A stretch of DNA of 64,000 bases from Desulfomonilia bacterium. Lineage in GTDB: Bacteria > Desulfobacterota > Desulfomonilia > UBA1062. Below the pieces are notes generated by a model. That model had not been told where the DNA came from. It searched no databases and saw only the letters and a list, made by a program, of their open reading frames with translations. Positions within the stretch are counted from its first letter, which is position 1. Each line of letters begins with the position of its first letter. The stretch spans positions 320,001 to 384,000 of the forward strand of contig CAXXDQ010000004.1 of the NCBI GenBank assembly GCA_963664325.2. Reading direction: 5' to 3'. The translations under genes were made by a program, and so were the position numbers. This document shows, piece by piece, positions 1-10,133 of the stretch.

Positions 1-113
1 TTTACAGGAAAAGATCACCTGGAAAAGATCAAGAGAGAGGCCCGGGAGATTGTAAACTCGGCCTTTGCCGGGGCTGGTGCTTGATAAGAATTGCTGTGGA
101 GGATTAGCCGATT

Positions 114-1094
114 ATGAAAAAGCTTGTCACAGGCTCGACGGGATTCATAGGCTCCGCAATCGCGAGAGAGCTCCTCAGGGATGGCGTTGAGGTAAAGGTT
201 TTAATAAGAACAACCAGTGATACCCGCAATATCGATAAGCTTGATGTCGAAAGGGTATATGGAGATATCCGCGACGGCGGTTCCATGAAAAGGGCGCTTA
301 AGGATTGTGACACGCTCTATTTTACGGCCGCATATTTTGCCCACTGGGCGCCGGACCCGAAACTGCTCTACGATGTCAATGTCGGCGGCACGAAGGCGAC
401 AATGCAGGCGGCGCTTGAAGCCGGGGTGGAAAAGGTCGTCTATACCAGCACCAACAACGCGATAGCCGCGAGCGGCCCTGTGCCTGCCAACGAGGAAAAG
501 GCCTTTAATTACTGGGAAGCGCGCGATCACTATTCCATGTCCAAATATATTGCCGAAAACGAAGCAAGGATATTTGTCACGCGGGGGCTGCCGGTCGTGA
601 TGGTCAATCCCACCCTTGTCATCGGCGTAAACGACATAAAGCCGACTCCGTCAGGGCAGATGATCATCGATGTGGCCAGACGGAAGATGCCGGGCTACAT
701 CGACGGCGGAGTAAACATCATCGATGTCGAAGACGTCGCCCGCGGCCATATCCTTGCCGCAAAAAAGGGCCGGGTGGGCGAAAGATACCTCCTGGGAAAC
801 AGAAACATCACGGTTCACGATTACCTGTGGCTGATAGCAGATATTGCGGGCGTGAAGCCGCCGGCCTTCAAGCTGCCATACCGGCTGGCCCTTGCGTTCG
901 GATACGCCTTTGAGCTGGGCGCCTTCATAACCAAAAAGGCACCGGTGGTTACGGCCAGCGAGGTAAGGATAGGCAAGATGACGGAGTGGTATGACTGCTC
1001 CAAGGCGGTCAATGAACTGGGCCTGCCCCAGACACCGATCGATATGACCGTCAGAAAGGCTCTCAACTGGTTCAGGGAAAATGGATATCTGTGA
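114..1094 (+). CDS. NAD-dependent epimerase/dehydratase, extended SDR (dihydroflavonol reductase/HpnA-like)
   Basis: N-terminal VTGSTGFIG Rossmann motif, catalytic YSMSK, 326 aa, GGAGGA RBS upstream. Confidence 0.85.
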   Translation: MKKLVTGSTGFIGSAIARELLRDGVEVKVLIRTTSDTRNIDKLDVERVYGDIRDGGSMKRALKDCDTLYFTAAYFAHWAPDPKLLYDVNVGGTKATMQAALEAGVEKVVYTSTNNAIAASGPVPANEEKAFNYWEARDHYSMSKYIAENEARIFVTRGLPVVMVNPTLVIGVNDIKPTPSGQMIIDVARRKMPGYIDGGVNIIDVEDVARGHILAAKKGRVGERYLLGNRNITVHDYLWLIADIAGVKPPAFKLPYRLALAFGYAFELGAFITKKAPVVTASEVRIGKMTEWYDCSKAVNELGLPQTPIDMTVRKALNWFRENGYL

Positions 1095-1338
1095 GGGGTT
1101 TGCAGAAATCCGGATCCGATCTTATAGATCACTCCGGGAAGATATGACCTTGTCATACAATCCCGGGAACCATGATTTTTTGGTGATATGTTAATAAAGT
1201 CAGACTTTCTATTTCCTCAAGATATGTGTACTTAATAGTATACCTTCCGGCACCTTGACAGATGCTCTCGAAGGTGTATGCTATAAAAACTTGCAGCTTT
1301 GCACATGCTTATCTTTATTATGAATGGGGAGGCATTTC

Positions 1339-4300
1339 ATGAAACGATCTATTTGTTTACTGGCTGTTGTCCTTTTAGCTTCTATTCTGAGCGGGTGTAT
1401 AATTTCCTCCACACCTAAAAACAATGAGGTGAACGTACTCATTACTGCATCACAGTCATTTTCAATCAAGGTATTTCCTACAGGTACCCAATATGTATGG
1501 ACTCTGGACGGTAATGCTATCTCGAACACCACAAACACCTATATATATACCCCCAAAGATGATGGTTTATCTGAGCATGTGCTGAAAGTTGAAGCCAGTC
1601 ATCTCTTCGGGAAAGACACAAGGGAATGGAAGATTGTTGATGCCCTCGCTTCTCAAACAGTAGGTCCCGATGGTGGAACAATCACACTTGATAACTCTGA
1701 TTACTTTGCAAACGGATTCGAGATTCAGATACCCGAAGGGGCACTTACTAAGAAAACTGTCATAACACTAGCAGAACTTTCATCCTGCCCCGTTTACAAG
1801 GATAACGAGGTGGGCTTGAATTTCCCAATAAAACTTCTTCCGGAAGGACAGATTTTTTCAAAACCAGTCCGAATTAAAATGCCTTTCTCTGAAAATGCCA
1901 TGACCGAGTCAGGAAATATAGACCTTACATATGCAAACCTCATGTCTTTTAATGAGTCTACCCAGACCTGGGAGAATAATCCCATTCTCTCAGTAGACTA
2001 TACAAACCACATAATCGAAGCTGAAATCACACATTTTTCGAAATGGCGCATCTGGGTACCGTGGGCGAAGAAGGATGAATTGGATGTCATTGACCAGGAA
2101 GTCCATTATATACAGAATGTCTGGGGTTTAGCCGGAACGACTGACGAAATCAAACAGGCATTAGTTGGTGGAGAAGGACTTCTCGATGGAATACCTTTCA
2201 AGAATGGAATTGGAGCTATCCTGATTGCAGGTGATCTTTCATATAAACTGGTTAACAAGGATATAAAAGGGGCTTGCTCCACATTAGCAAAATGGGGAAT
2301 TGAAAAAGGTATTTCAGCAGCAGGGTTGCCTTTGCTTTCAGGTATCACCAGTATGGGTTTTATGACCTATTCATATTTTGATTATCTCGTTACCAGCCTG
2401 GATGATGGTGCATTCGTAGCGCAGACAAATTATTACGTCACTTGGATAAAAGATATGGGATACACTGAGCAGGATCTTCTTGTTGATGATGAGTGCGGGA
2501 TAACAATAGACGGGTGGCTTTTCAATCCGCACTGCATGATGCAAAGTCTATGTGGAATACGGCCGGTTTTAAAAGACAAATATACGATTGAACAAGTCTT
2601 TGCTGTCGGAAGGGTAAACCTTGCCATACAAAACAACATCTCGAACAAAGCATATGAAGAAGACCAGCTGAAAGAGCTCTTTATTCAGGAGTTGAATGAT
2701 GTAAAGAATAGAAACAATCCCGTCGCCCAGATAACTTTACAATCCGCCAGCTCAGGATTAGTGCCTTTCTCGGTTTCACTTGATGCAAGTAGTTCGTATG
2801 CGAAATCCGGCACTATAAGTAAGTATGAGTGGGACATGGGAGATGGGACAGGAAATAGTGAGGGGGCAATTGCACAGTATACCTACAACCGTCCCGGGAA
2901 CTATATTATCACTCTTAAAGTAACCGATTCAGAGGGAAGAGAAGGAAGCACTACTGTCAAGGTATTCTCCACAGTAGCGAACCCGAACAATGTAGCTCCT
3001 GTTGCCAGCTTCACATATACTATTGCTCAGGATAACACAGTAACATTCGATGCCACCTCATCGACTGACAGTGATGGTTCTATCATTAAATATGCCTGGC
3101 AGTTCGGTGAAGGGAACACGGCCAAGGGCATGACCGTATCCTTCCAGTATTCTACAGAAGGTGTATATCCAGTGACCCTGGAGGTTGTGGACAATGATTT
3201 CGGGACAACTAAAATCACCAAGAACATTATCATAGGGCCCTATAATCCTCCGGTTGTAGAAGCCGGTTCAGACCAGCTTGTCTCTGTGGGGAGTTCAGTG
3301 ACACTCGAAGGGTCAGGTTCATCAGACCCTGACAATAACATAGTGTCCTATCAATGGTGGCAGCTGAGCGGTCCAGCTGTTGGACTCAACAACGGCTCTT
3401 CAGCTACTGCACAGTTTATTGCGAATGTCCCTGCTGATTCAGTACTGGCATTTGCACTTATCGTAACCGACGCTGAAGGATTGGTGTCAACCGATACATG
3501 CACAATTCGAGTCATCAGTGGGAAGCCTCCAGTTAAAACGTTCGGAAAACTATTCAACAGAGGTAGTCATGACTTCATTCGTTCAGTTGAGCAGGACATG
3601 GATGGGGGTTATGTCCTTGCTGGCAACACAATGACTGGAGGAGAGGAATATTATGATGTCTGGCTATTAAAGTTCGATATAAATGGCAACAAGTTATGGG
3701 ACAGGACATTCGGTTGGAAGAGGAATGAATACGCAACAACTGTCCAACAAACCCTCGATGGAGGATATATACTGGCTGGGGGTTCATCAAAAGATCCTTA
3801 TGGTGGAGGAGAGGGAGACTTCCTTCTTATCAAAACTGATCATAATGGTCTTGAATGGTGGCATAAGTTGTATGGTGATGAAGGTTATGACCAAGGTAAT
3901 TCAGTCCAGCAGACCAGTAGTGGTGGCTATATATTAGCTGGATGGACATCATATTGTAACAACCTTGGTTGTTATTACGGACGACTTATCAATACCGATG
4001 CAAACGGTAATATATTGTGGGACAAGTTTTATGGATCAGGCGGTGATTTATTTTATTCAGTCCAGCAGACCAGCGATGGCGGATATGTCGCTGCCGGTAC
4101 AACTGCATCTCATGGAGACATCAATAGTGAATTCTGGCTTGTTAAAACGGATTCAGGCGGAAATGTAGTCTGGGAGAAAACCTATGGCGGTATAGGTGAA
4201 GTTGCTTACTCAGTCGAGCAGACCAATGACGGTGGTTATATCATGGCTGGAGTGGCACAATACCCCAACGGAAGCAATGGGAACAGGCTAATAAAGATCG

Positions 4301-4632
4301 ATCCTTCAGGGAACATGCAATGGAGCCAGATGTTGTATTCGCCGGGTATAGGTTCATCTGCCTGTTCGGTGAAACAAACCTCTGATGGTGGTTATGCAGT
4401 TGCCGGGTCAGGAACTGCAGCATGGTCATATAGCTGGCTCATTAAAACTGATACTTATGGGAATGTCATGTGGGACAAATTTTATTGGGAATGCATAATA
4501 AAGAATGTCGCCCGATCAATGAAGCTAACAAGTGATGGTGGTTACGTTTTGGCAGGATATACTGAAGATGACTATAAGGGCTTTATTATAAAAACAGACG
4601 AGAATGGCAATACACCTGAAAGTCCTAATTAA
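1339..4632 (+). CDS. Large surface lipoprotein: Ig-like N-domain, ZU5-like domain, helical domain, 3 PKD-like domains, C-terminal beta-propeller repeats
   Basis: MKRS..LSGC lipobox (ATG 1339 after GGAGG; ORF track starts 1324). IPEGAL..F.KPV.I..P..THFS; PKD motifs YEWDMGDG, YAWQFGEG, AGSDQ..LEGSGSSDPD; repeated QTxDGGY(I/V)xAG blades. Confidence 0.75.
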   Translation: MKRSICLLAVVLLASILSGCIISSTPKNNEVNVLITASQSFSIKVFPTGTQYVWTLDGNAISNTTNTYIYTPKDDGLSEHVLKVEASHLFGKDTREWKIVDALASQTVGPDGGTITLDNSDYFANGFEIQIPEGALTKKTVITLAELSSCPVYKDNEVGLNFPIKLLPEGQIFSKPVRIKMPFSENAMTESGNIDLTYANLMSFNESTQTWENNPILSVDYTNHIIEAEITHFSKWRIWVPWAKKDELDVIDQEVHYIQNVWGLAGTTDEIKQALVGGEGLLDGIPFKNGIGAILIAGDLSYKLVNKDIKGACSTLAKWGIEKGISAAGLPLLSGITSMGFMTYSYFDYLVTSLDDGAFVAQTNYYVTWIKDMGYTEQDLLVDDECGITIDGWLFNPHCMMQSLCGIRPVLKDKYTIEQVFAVGRVNLAIQNNISNKAYEEDQLKELFIQELNDVKNRNNPVAQITLQSASSGLVPFSVSLDASSSYAKSGTISKYEWDMGDGTGNSEGAIAQYTYNRPGNYIITLKVTDSEGREGSTTVKVFSTVANPNNVAPVASFTYTIAQDNTVTFDATSSTDSDGSIIKYAWQFGEGNTAKGMTVSFQYSTEGVYPVTLEVVDNDFGTTKITKNIIIGPYNPPVVEAGSDQLVSVGSSVTLEGSGSSDPDNNIVSYQWWQLSGPAVGLNNGSSATAQFIANVPADSVLAFALIVTDAEGLVSTDTCTIRVISGKPPVKTFGKLFNRGSHDFIRSVEQDMDGGYVLAGNTMTGGEEYYDVWLLKFDINGNKLWDRTFGWKRNEYATTVQQTLDGGYILAGGSSKDPYGGGEGDFLLIKTDHNGLEWWHKLYGDEGYDQGNSVQQTSSGGYILAGWTSYCNNLGCYYGRLINTDANGNILWDKFYGSGGDLFYSVQQTSDGGYVAAGTTASHGDINSEFWLVKTDSGGNVVWEKTYGGIGEVAYSVEQTNDGGYIMAGVAQYPNGSNGNRLIKIDPSGNMQWSQMLYSPGIGSSACSVKQTSDGGYAVAGSGTAAWSYSWLIKTDTYGNVMWDKFYWECIIKNVARSMKLTSDGGYVLAGYTEDDYKGFIIKTDENGNTPESPN

Positions 4633-4704
4633 AGAAATATGGAAGAAGAGGAAGTGTTTCTTTCTTATATATGAATAATTGCCAGTAATAAGAGGAGGGT
4701 TATC

Positions 4705-7700
4705 ATGAAAAGGGTTGTTTTTATCTTTCTGGCATTGTTTCCACTTATTTTCACAGGTTGCATCGTCTCTTCCACGCCCAAAGAATCATCGGTTGCAGTA
4801 TGGTATGGCGACCAACAGGCATTCCAGATAACTGTCTTTCCAAAAAGTGCCTCAACCGTATGGAAATTGGACGGTACAATTTGCTCTACAGGAAGTACTG
4901 AGTTCATCTATGCTCCACAGATTGGCACATCAACAAGCCATACCCTTGAAGTTGAGGAAAAGAGCTTCCTGGGAACACATAAACATACATGGACATTAAC
5001 CGATCAGGCTACTCCAGCAGCTTCAATTGAGAGAAAGAAGGCTTTGATAAACGCATCAGAGGGTGGAACAATAACAGTATCCGAAGAAGAAAGTTTATAT
5101 TCCAGCCGGCTTGAAGTTATCATACCCCCTGATGCATTGTCACAGGACACTGAGATAACCATAGGAGACCTGGTTGCTGCGATACCTCAGGCTCCTGCAG
5201 ACTATGTGCATGGAGGACTGCCCATCGAGCTGAAACCGGACGGATTAACCTTTAACAAACCGGTTACATTGAAAATACCGTTCAAAGATGATGAGATGTT
5301 CTATGCCGGGGCAACTGATCCGAACTCTGTCATGATAGCCTATTATGACCAGACCACTATGCGATGGGAATCCGTGGATATCGTATCAATAGACACTCAG
5401 AACAAGTACATCATCGTGAATACGACGCATTTCAGCTTGTGGCAGAAGTTCTGGCCTTTTGGCAACAACAAGAAAGATCCAAAACCAGTCACCCATGATG
5501 ACATCAGAAATTATGTCCAGAACACCTGGGGTGTGGTGGGAAATATTGATGATATCAATGCCCTCATTAATGATCAGAGTCTTGACGTACCCTATGCAGG
5601 TCTTATAGGCGGCCTTCTTACCTGGGAATCCATGTGGGATTCCATCGGCAACAAGGATTATTCCCGCGCCATAAATGAGGGCCTGGTATTTACTGGCGAG
5701 TTTATTCTATCTGAAACCGGATACCTGTTTGCTAGCTCTATTGTCGGCCTTTCAAGTCTTTCCTATAAGTTAATGGATTCATATGCCAATATGCTTGATG
5801 ATTCGGCATTCAATGTCCAGACAAGTTTCTATGTGCAATGGAGGACGCAGGGTGTCACCAGGGAGGAACTGGCAAAAAAAGGTGGAGACTTCACGGATGA
5901 CAACGGATGGGTATTGAATCCTTCAGGGAGCTATTCATGGCACCCGGCTTTCAATACGAAATTGCAGCCGGAGGTCATCTGGGCTGAAGGAGAGTATCTC
6001 TTCCAGATGGGTAAAGCCAAGGAACGGACAGTTGAAGAAAGTAATACCCTGAAGAATAGTTTCATAAATGACCTTGCAGAAATTGTAGCTCAAAAAAACC
6101 CTGTGGCCACATTCACGATTTCGCCCTCTCGCTATGGCAATCCGCCCTATTCAGTCACACTTGATCCCAGCGGAAGCAGTGCCAAGGAGAATGCTACAAT
6201 CACCCAGTACCGTTGGAAGATCAACAGCGAGGTAATAATAAAGAATTCTCCGGAAGTTATTTCACGCACTTTCGACAAACCCGGGGACTACCCTGTCTGT
6301 CTTGATGTCACTGACAGCAACGGACGCATATCTTATGCATGTGATATAATCTCTGTGGCAAACAAGAATCCCAACGATCAGCCTCCCACAGCTGATTTCA
6401 CATACACCCTCACCGACCAGAATTATCTGACATTGAAGGTGGACGCATCACCATCACATGATCCAGATGGTTCTATCATTTCCTATGAATGGTCCCTTGG
6501 TGACGGGCACATCAAACGTGGAATGCAGGTCGATGAAACATATGATGCTCCAGGGTGGTACACAATAGAACTCAGAGTGACGGATAACAACTTAATTACT
6601 ACGCGGTTAAGCAAGAAGATCCTCCTGGGAAATGCTTCTCCTATAGCTGAGGCTGGTCCCAATCAATCGGTTCAGCCCGGGGTAACTGTGACTCTCGATG
6701 GATCAGGATCGTCGGACCCGGACAACAACATTGTTTCGTATCACTGGCAGCAGACTGGTGGACCTACTATTACACTCTCGGATCCCAATGTGGTCAATCC
6801 TCAGTTTGTTGCTCCCGGTTTGCCAAGTGGGGCTGTTCTAGTCTTCAAATTGTTAGTAACGGATGCGGGTGGTTTTCAATCAACTGATACGTGCCTTGTT
6901 ACAGTACAACCATCAGGGCCAATAATTACCTTTCAGGGAATGTATGGTGGCTCAGGTGGCGATAGTGGATGGCCATCGATCATGCAAACGAAGGATGGGG
7001 GTTATATAGTCGTTAGTTCTTCAGAGTCTGTAGACATACAAGGTGTTACCAATCATGGAAGTACTGATATGTATATTGTTAAATTGGATGCCTATGGAGA
7101 TGTCGTATGGCAAAAGATGTATGGCGGTTTAGCGGATGATTATCCTCTTTCTGTCCAACAAGATACTGATGGTGACTACATGGTCGCAGGTTTTTCGAGA
7201 TCCAGTGATATTGTAGGTGTCACCAATCATGGCTGGTATGACTATTATGTATTAAAGCTCGATACCAACGGTGAGATCATTTGGCAGAAAATGTACGGTG
7301 GATCTGGTGACGATAGAGCCACTTCCATCAAGCAGACAATCGATGGGGGTTATATAGTCGTCGGTGTTGCGCAATCAAACATCATACCGGGAGTCATATA
7401 TCATGGTGGATACTCCGATGTATATGTCATCAAACTTAGTAAAAATGGTGATGTCGTCTGGCAGAAAACGTATGGTGGGAATTATGATGATATTGCTAAT
7501 GATATTCAACTCACTAGCGATGGAAGTTACATAATCGCTGGTGAATCAAGTTCCACAGACATCCCTGGTACTGTTAATCATGGTGGAGCTTATGATTCTT
7601 ATATTTTAAAAATAAATTCTGATGGGGATGTAATTTGGCAGCAATTGTATGGCACTATAGAGGATGATCGTGCTTTTTCCATTTGTTTGACAACTGGTGG

Positions 7701-8124
7701 AGGATACATGTTCACAGGATGGCAGACCCCAAACGATATCCCTGTAACTAGATTGGATGCTAACGGCGGATTAATCTGGCGGAAAATGTATGGAGGATCA
7801 GAACCCGAGCTATCTTGGCACATAACGCAAGCAAGCGATGGGGGGTATATCATTGCTGGAGAATCTTATTCTACAGACATCGTTGGCACTATCAACCATG
7901 GAACTTGGGATGCATACTTATTTGAGGTGGATATTAATGGTGAAGTAGCGTGGCAGCGATTGTATGGCGGTTCAAGTGTTGATAAAGCCTATGATATAAA
8001 ACAGACATTCGACGGTGGATACATCATCGCTGGAGGATCAAGTTCTACCGATATACCGGGAGTAATCAATTCTGGATCAAATGATCTTTATATAATTAAG
8101 ATCAATAGTGATGGAAATTTTTGA
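4705..8124 (+). CDS. Large surface lipoprotein, tandem paralogue of 1339..4632 with the same architecture
   Basis: MKRV..FTGC lipobox, AGGAGG RBS, IPPDAL..FNKPVTLKIP..THFS, PKD motifs (YEWSLGDG, AGPNQ..LDGSGSSDPD), repeated QTxDGGYI/WQKMYGG blades. Confidence 0.75.
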   Translation: MKRVVFIFLALFPLIFTGCIVSSTPKESSVAVWYGDQQAFQITVFPKSASTVWKLDGTICSTGSTEFIYAPQIGTSTSHTLEVEEKSFLGTHKHTWTLTDQATPAASIERKKALINASEGGTITVSEEESLYSSRLEVIIPPDALSQDTEITIGDLVAAIPQAPADYVHGGLPIELKPDGLTFNKPVTLKIPFKDDEMFYAGATDPNSVMIAYYDQTTMRWESVDIVSIDTQNKYIIVNTTHFSLWQKFWPFGNNKKDPKPVTHDDIRNYVQNTWGVVGNIDDINALINDQSLDVPYAGLIGGLLTWESMWDSIGNKDYSRAINEGLVFTGEFILSETGYLFASSIVGLSSLSYKLMDSYANMLDDSAFNVQTSFYVQWRTQGVTREELAKKGGDFTDDNGWVLNPSGSYSWHPAFNTKLQPEVIWAEGEYLFQMGKAKERTVEESNTLKNSFINDLAEIVAQKNPVATFTISPSRYGNPPYSVTLDPSGSSAKENATITQYRWKINSEVIIKNSPEVISRTFDKPGDYPVCLDVTDSNGRISYACDIISVANKNPNDQPPTADFTYTLTDQNYLTLKVDASPSHDPDGSIISYEWSLGDGHIKRGMQVDETYDAPGWYTIELRVTDNNLITTRLSKKILLGNASPIAEAGPNQSVQPGVTVTLDGSGSSDPDNNIVSYHWQQTGGPTITLSDPNVVNPQFVAPGLPSGAVLVFKLLVTDAGGFQSTDTCLVTVQPSGPIITFQGMYGGSGGDSGWPSIMQTKDGGYIVVSSSESVDIQGVTNHGSTDMYIVKLDAYGDVVWQKMYGGLADDYPLSVQQDTDGDYMVAGFSRSSDIVGVTNHGWYDYYVLKLDTNGEIIWQKMYGGSGDDRATSIKQTIDGGYIVVGVAQSNIIPGVIYHGGYSDVYVIKLSKNGDVVWQKTYGGNYDDIANDIQLTSDGSYIIAGESSSTDIPGTVNHGGAYDSYILKINSDGDVIWQQLYGTIEDDRAFSICLTTGGGYMFTGWQTPNDIPVTRLDANGGLIWRKMYGGSEPELSWHITQASDGGYIIAGESYSTDIVGTINHGTWDAYLFEVDINGEVAWQRLYGGSSVDKAYDIKQTFDGGYIIAGGSSSTDIPGVINSGSNDLYIIKINSDGNF

Positions 8125-8512
8125 AGTAGATGAACTTAAGCAATAAAAAATGGGATTGGTGGTTTTACTGCCGGGTATGGGAATGACACTATATGTGTCA
8201 AGGCATTCTATCTTGATGGGTCGAGTAGCAATTGTGGAATAAGCCATATCAGGCCTTTATCCTTGCAAATATTGAAATGACATCTTTAATAAAACATCTC
8301 TCAAACTGCACATATCTGCGATATATCTTTATTCATTGCTCAATCTCCGGGATTATAATCTGCTGAAGATATCTCTGTTTTTCCATGGGGTAACAATGAC
8401 ATTATGCTGGAAATAATCATAGTCCATATCTTTTATTTATCAGACCGGATTGCGACTGATACAAATGATTTCAAGGCAACAGGATTTTCTATGAAGGAAT
8501 CTTGCCGGGATG

Positions 8513-8773
8513 TTATTTCTTCCTGTTGGCGGCGATATATTCGACCATGGTCCCGAAAGTCTTGAACACTTTTGCGCCGAGTTCCTTGTTGTCGATCTTG
8601 ATGCCGTAATCTTCTTCAATCATTATGACCAGTTCAAGTATGTCAATGGAATCGATCCCGAGGCCCTCGCCTATCATGGGGGTTTCTCCGTCTATTTCCT
8701 CGGGTGTTATGTCTTTGATATTGAGCCTTTCCAGGACCTTCAGCTTGAGTTCTTCCATCAAATCGTTCATCAA
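8513..8773 (-). CDS. Acyl carrier protein
   Basis: Acidic 86-aa protein with GLGIDSIDILEL phosphopantetheine-Ser motif. Confidence 0.92.
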   Translation of the reverse strand: MMNDLMEELKLKVLERLNIKDITPEEIDGETPMIGEGLGIDSIDILELVIMIEEDYGIKIDNKELGAKVFKTFGTMVEYIAANRKK

Positions 8774-8832
8774 TGATTACCGCCCGTCATAATGTAATCT
8801 GCTTTACTACAAAGAAGGCTTAATATATAAAT

Positions 8833-8848
8833 TGAAAACCGGTTTTCA
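8833..8848. promoter_or_regulatory. Perfect 16-bp palindrome, candidate operator in the divergent ACP / radical SAM promoter
   Basis: TGAAAACCGGTTTTCA in a ~110-bp intergenic region between divergent genes. Confidence 0.5.
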
Positions 8849-8883
8849 GTCAACAGCTATAGTTTTTTTAGGGGGACAACCAG

Positions 8884-10131
8884 TTGAAATTTCATATAAT
8901 TTATCCAAGGTGGCCAAAGCTTAAATATCAGACCGAATTCAACCTGCCCCCGCTTGGCGTGATTACTGCGGCCGCTTCGGTCCCGGAGGGAACTGATGTT
9001 TTCATCACCGATGAAAATGTCCAGGAAGTCGATATGGACCGGGATTGCGACCTCGTGGGAATCGGCTGCATGCTTACCTGCCAGGCTCCCAGGGCGTATG
9101 AGCTGGCCGCCGAGTTCAGGAAAAAAGGAAAGAAGGTCGTTATGGGAGGCCTTCATGTGGCGCTTTGTCCCGAAGAGGCCGCTCTTCATGCCGATTCCAT
9201 AGTTGTAGGCGAGGGCGAGGGGCTTATAGAACAGATGCTCTCCGACTTTCAGGACGGCAGGCTGAAGGCTTCATACGTAATGAAGTCCTTTCCTGATATC
9301 AACAATATCCCCAATCCCAGGCGGGATCTCTTTGACAAGAAAAGGCACTACTCGCATAAGGGCTGGGAGCTTGTCGATCTTGTTCAGACATCACGCGGGT
9401 GCCGCTTCAACTGCTACCCATGCTGCGTCCCGTATCTGGGAGGACGCGTGCACCGGACCAGGCCGATCGGCCATGTCCTTAGCGATATTGAAGCCGCATC
9501 GGACAGGCTCTTTATCGTGGACAATTCCCTTGAGCAGAGCATCCCCTGGCAGAAGGAACTGTTCACGGCGATGAGGGGAATGGGCAAGGACTGGGTGGCA
9601 CACCCCATCTCTGCGGAGCCGGAGTTGCTCAAGCTGGCCAAAGATGCCGGCTGCTGGTATGTCTATCATGCCGTCTATACGATATCCGACAAGATAAAGG
9701 ACCGGATCAAGCTTTATCATGACCACGGCATCGGCGTTGAGGGCACAATCCTTCTGGGCATGGATGAGCATACCGAAGACTTCCTGAAGCGCTTCATCGA
9801 TTTTCTCCTGGAGATCAACCTCGACCTGGCTGAATTCACCGTCCTCACGCCCTTTCCCAGAACCCGGGTCTGGGACGAACTCCAGGCACAGGGCCGGATC
9901 ATCGATACGAACTGGGCCAGATACAATGCCGGAAACGTCGTATTCAAACCTCTTCAGATGAGCCCGGAAAGGCTTCAGGAGCTGTATGATTATGCCTGGG
10001 ACTCCTTCTATCGAGAGCAGCCGCAAAGCGTGAAAATGACAAAACTCATTACTAATCTCCTCAGGGAAAAGCGCAGGAAGGAACGGCTGGGCCCGGGTAT
10101 TGAAAAGAACAGCTCCATTCCGGGGGACTGA
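8884..10131 (+). CDS. Cobalamin-binding radical SAM protein
   Basis: N-terminal B12-binding signature (PPLG..VVMGGLH..VVGEGE), QTSRGCRFNCYPC CxxxCxxC, LTPFPRT; TTG start. Confidence 0.88.
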   Translation: MKFHIIYPRWPKLKYQTEFNLPPLGVITAAASVPEGTDVFITDENVQEVDMDRDCDLVGIGCMLTCQAPRAYELAAEFRKKGKKVVMGGLHVALCPEEAALHADSIVVGEGEGLIEQMLSDFQDGRLKASYVMKSFPDINNIPNPRRDLFDKKRHYSHKGWELVDLVQTSRGCRFNCYPCCVPYLGGRVHRTRPIGHVLSDIEAASDRLFIVDNSLEQSIPWQKELFTAMRGMGKDWVAHPISAEPELLKLAKDAGCWYVYHAVYTISDKIKDRIKLYHDHGIGVEGTILLGMDEHTEDFLKRFIDFLLEINLDLAEFTVLTPFPRTRVWDELQAQGRIIDTNWARYNAGNVVFKPLQMSPERLQELYDYAWDSFYREQPQSVKMTKLITNLLREKRRKERLGPGIEKNSSIPGD

Positions 10132-10133
10132 AC

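Noticed and set aside
114-1094. Hopanoid biosynthesis locus (hpnA)
   Set aside because: The SDR is HpnA-like, but no squalene synthase/cyclase or other hpn gene is in the window
3540-8100. Repeats as a CRISPR array or DGR template/variable repeats
   Set aside because: They are degenerate protein-level propeller and PKD repeats; no identical nucleotide repeats with spacers, no adenine-specific mismatch pattern seen, no cas or reverse transcriptase gene
8125-8510. Possible remnant of a further PKD lipoprotein (LDGSSS-like peptide)
   Set aside because: Match is too short and has no credible start or continuation
8510-8776. 88-aa plus-strand ORF opposite the ACP, and other long antisense ORFs (e.g. 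18844-19578, 23426-24235, 59015-59770)
   Set aside because: Shadow frames of well-supported genes with no recognisable motifs
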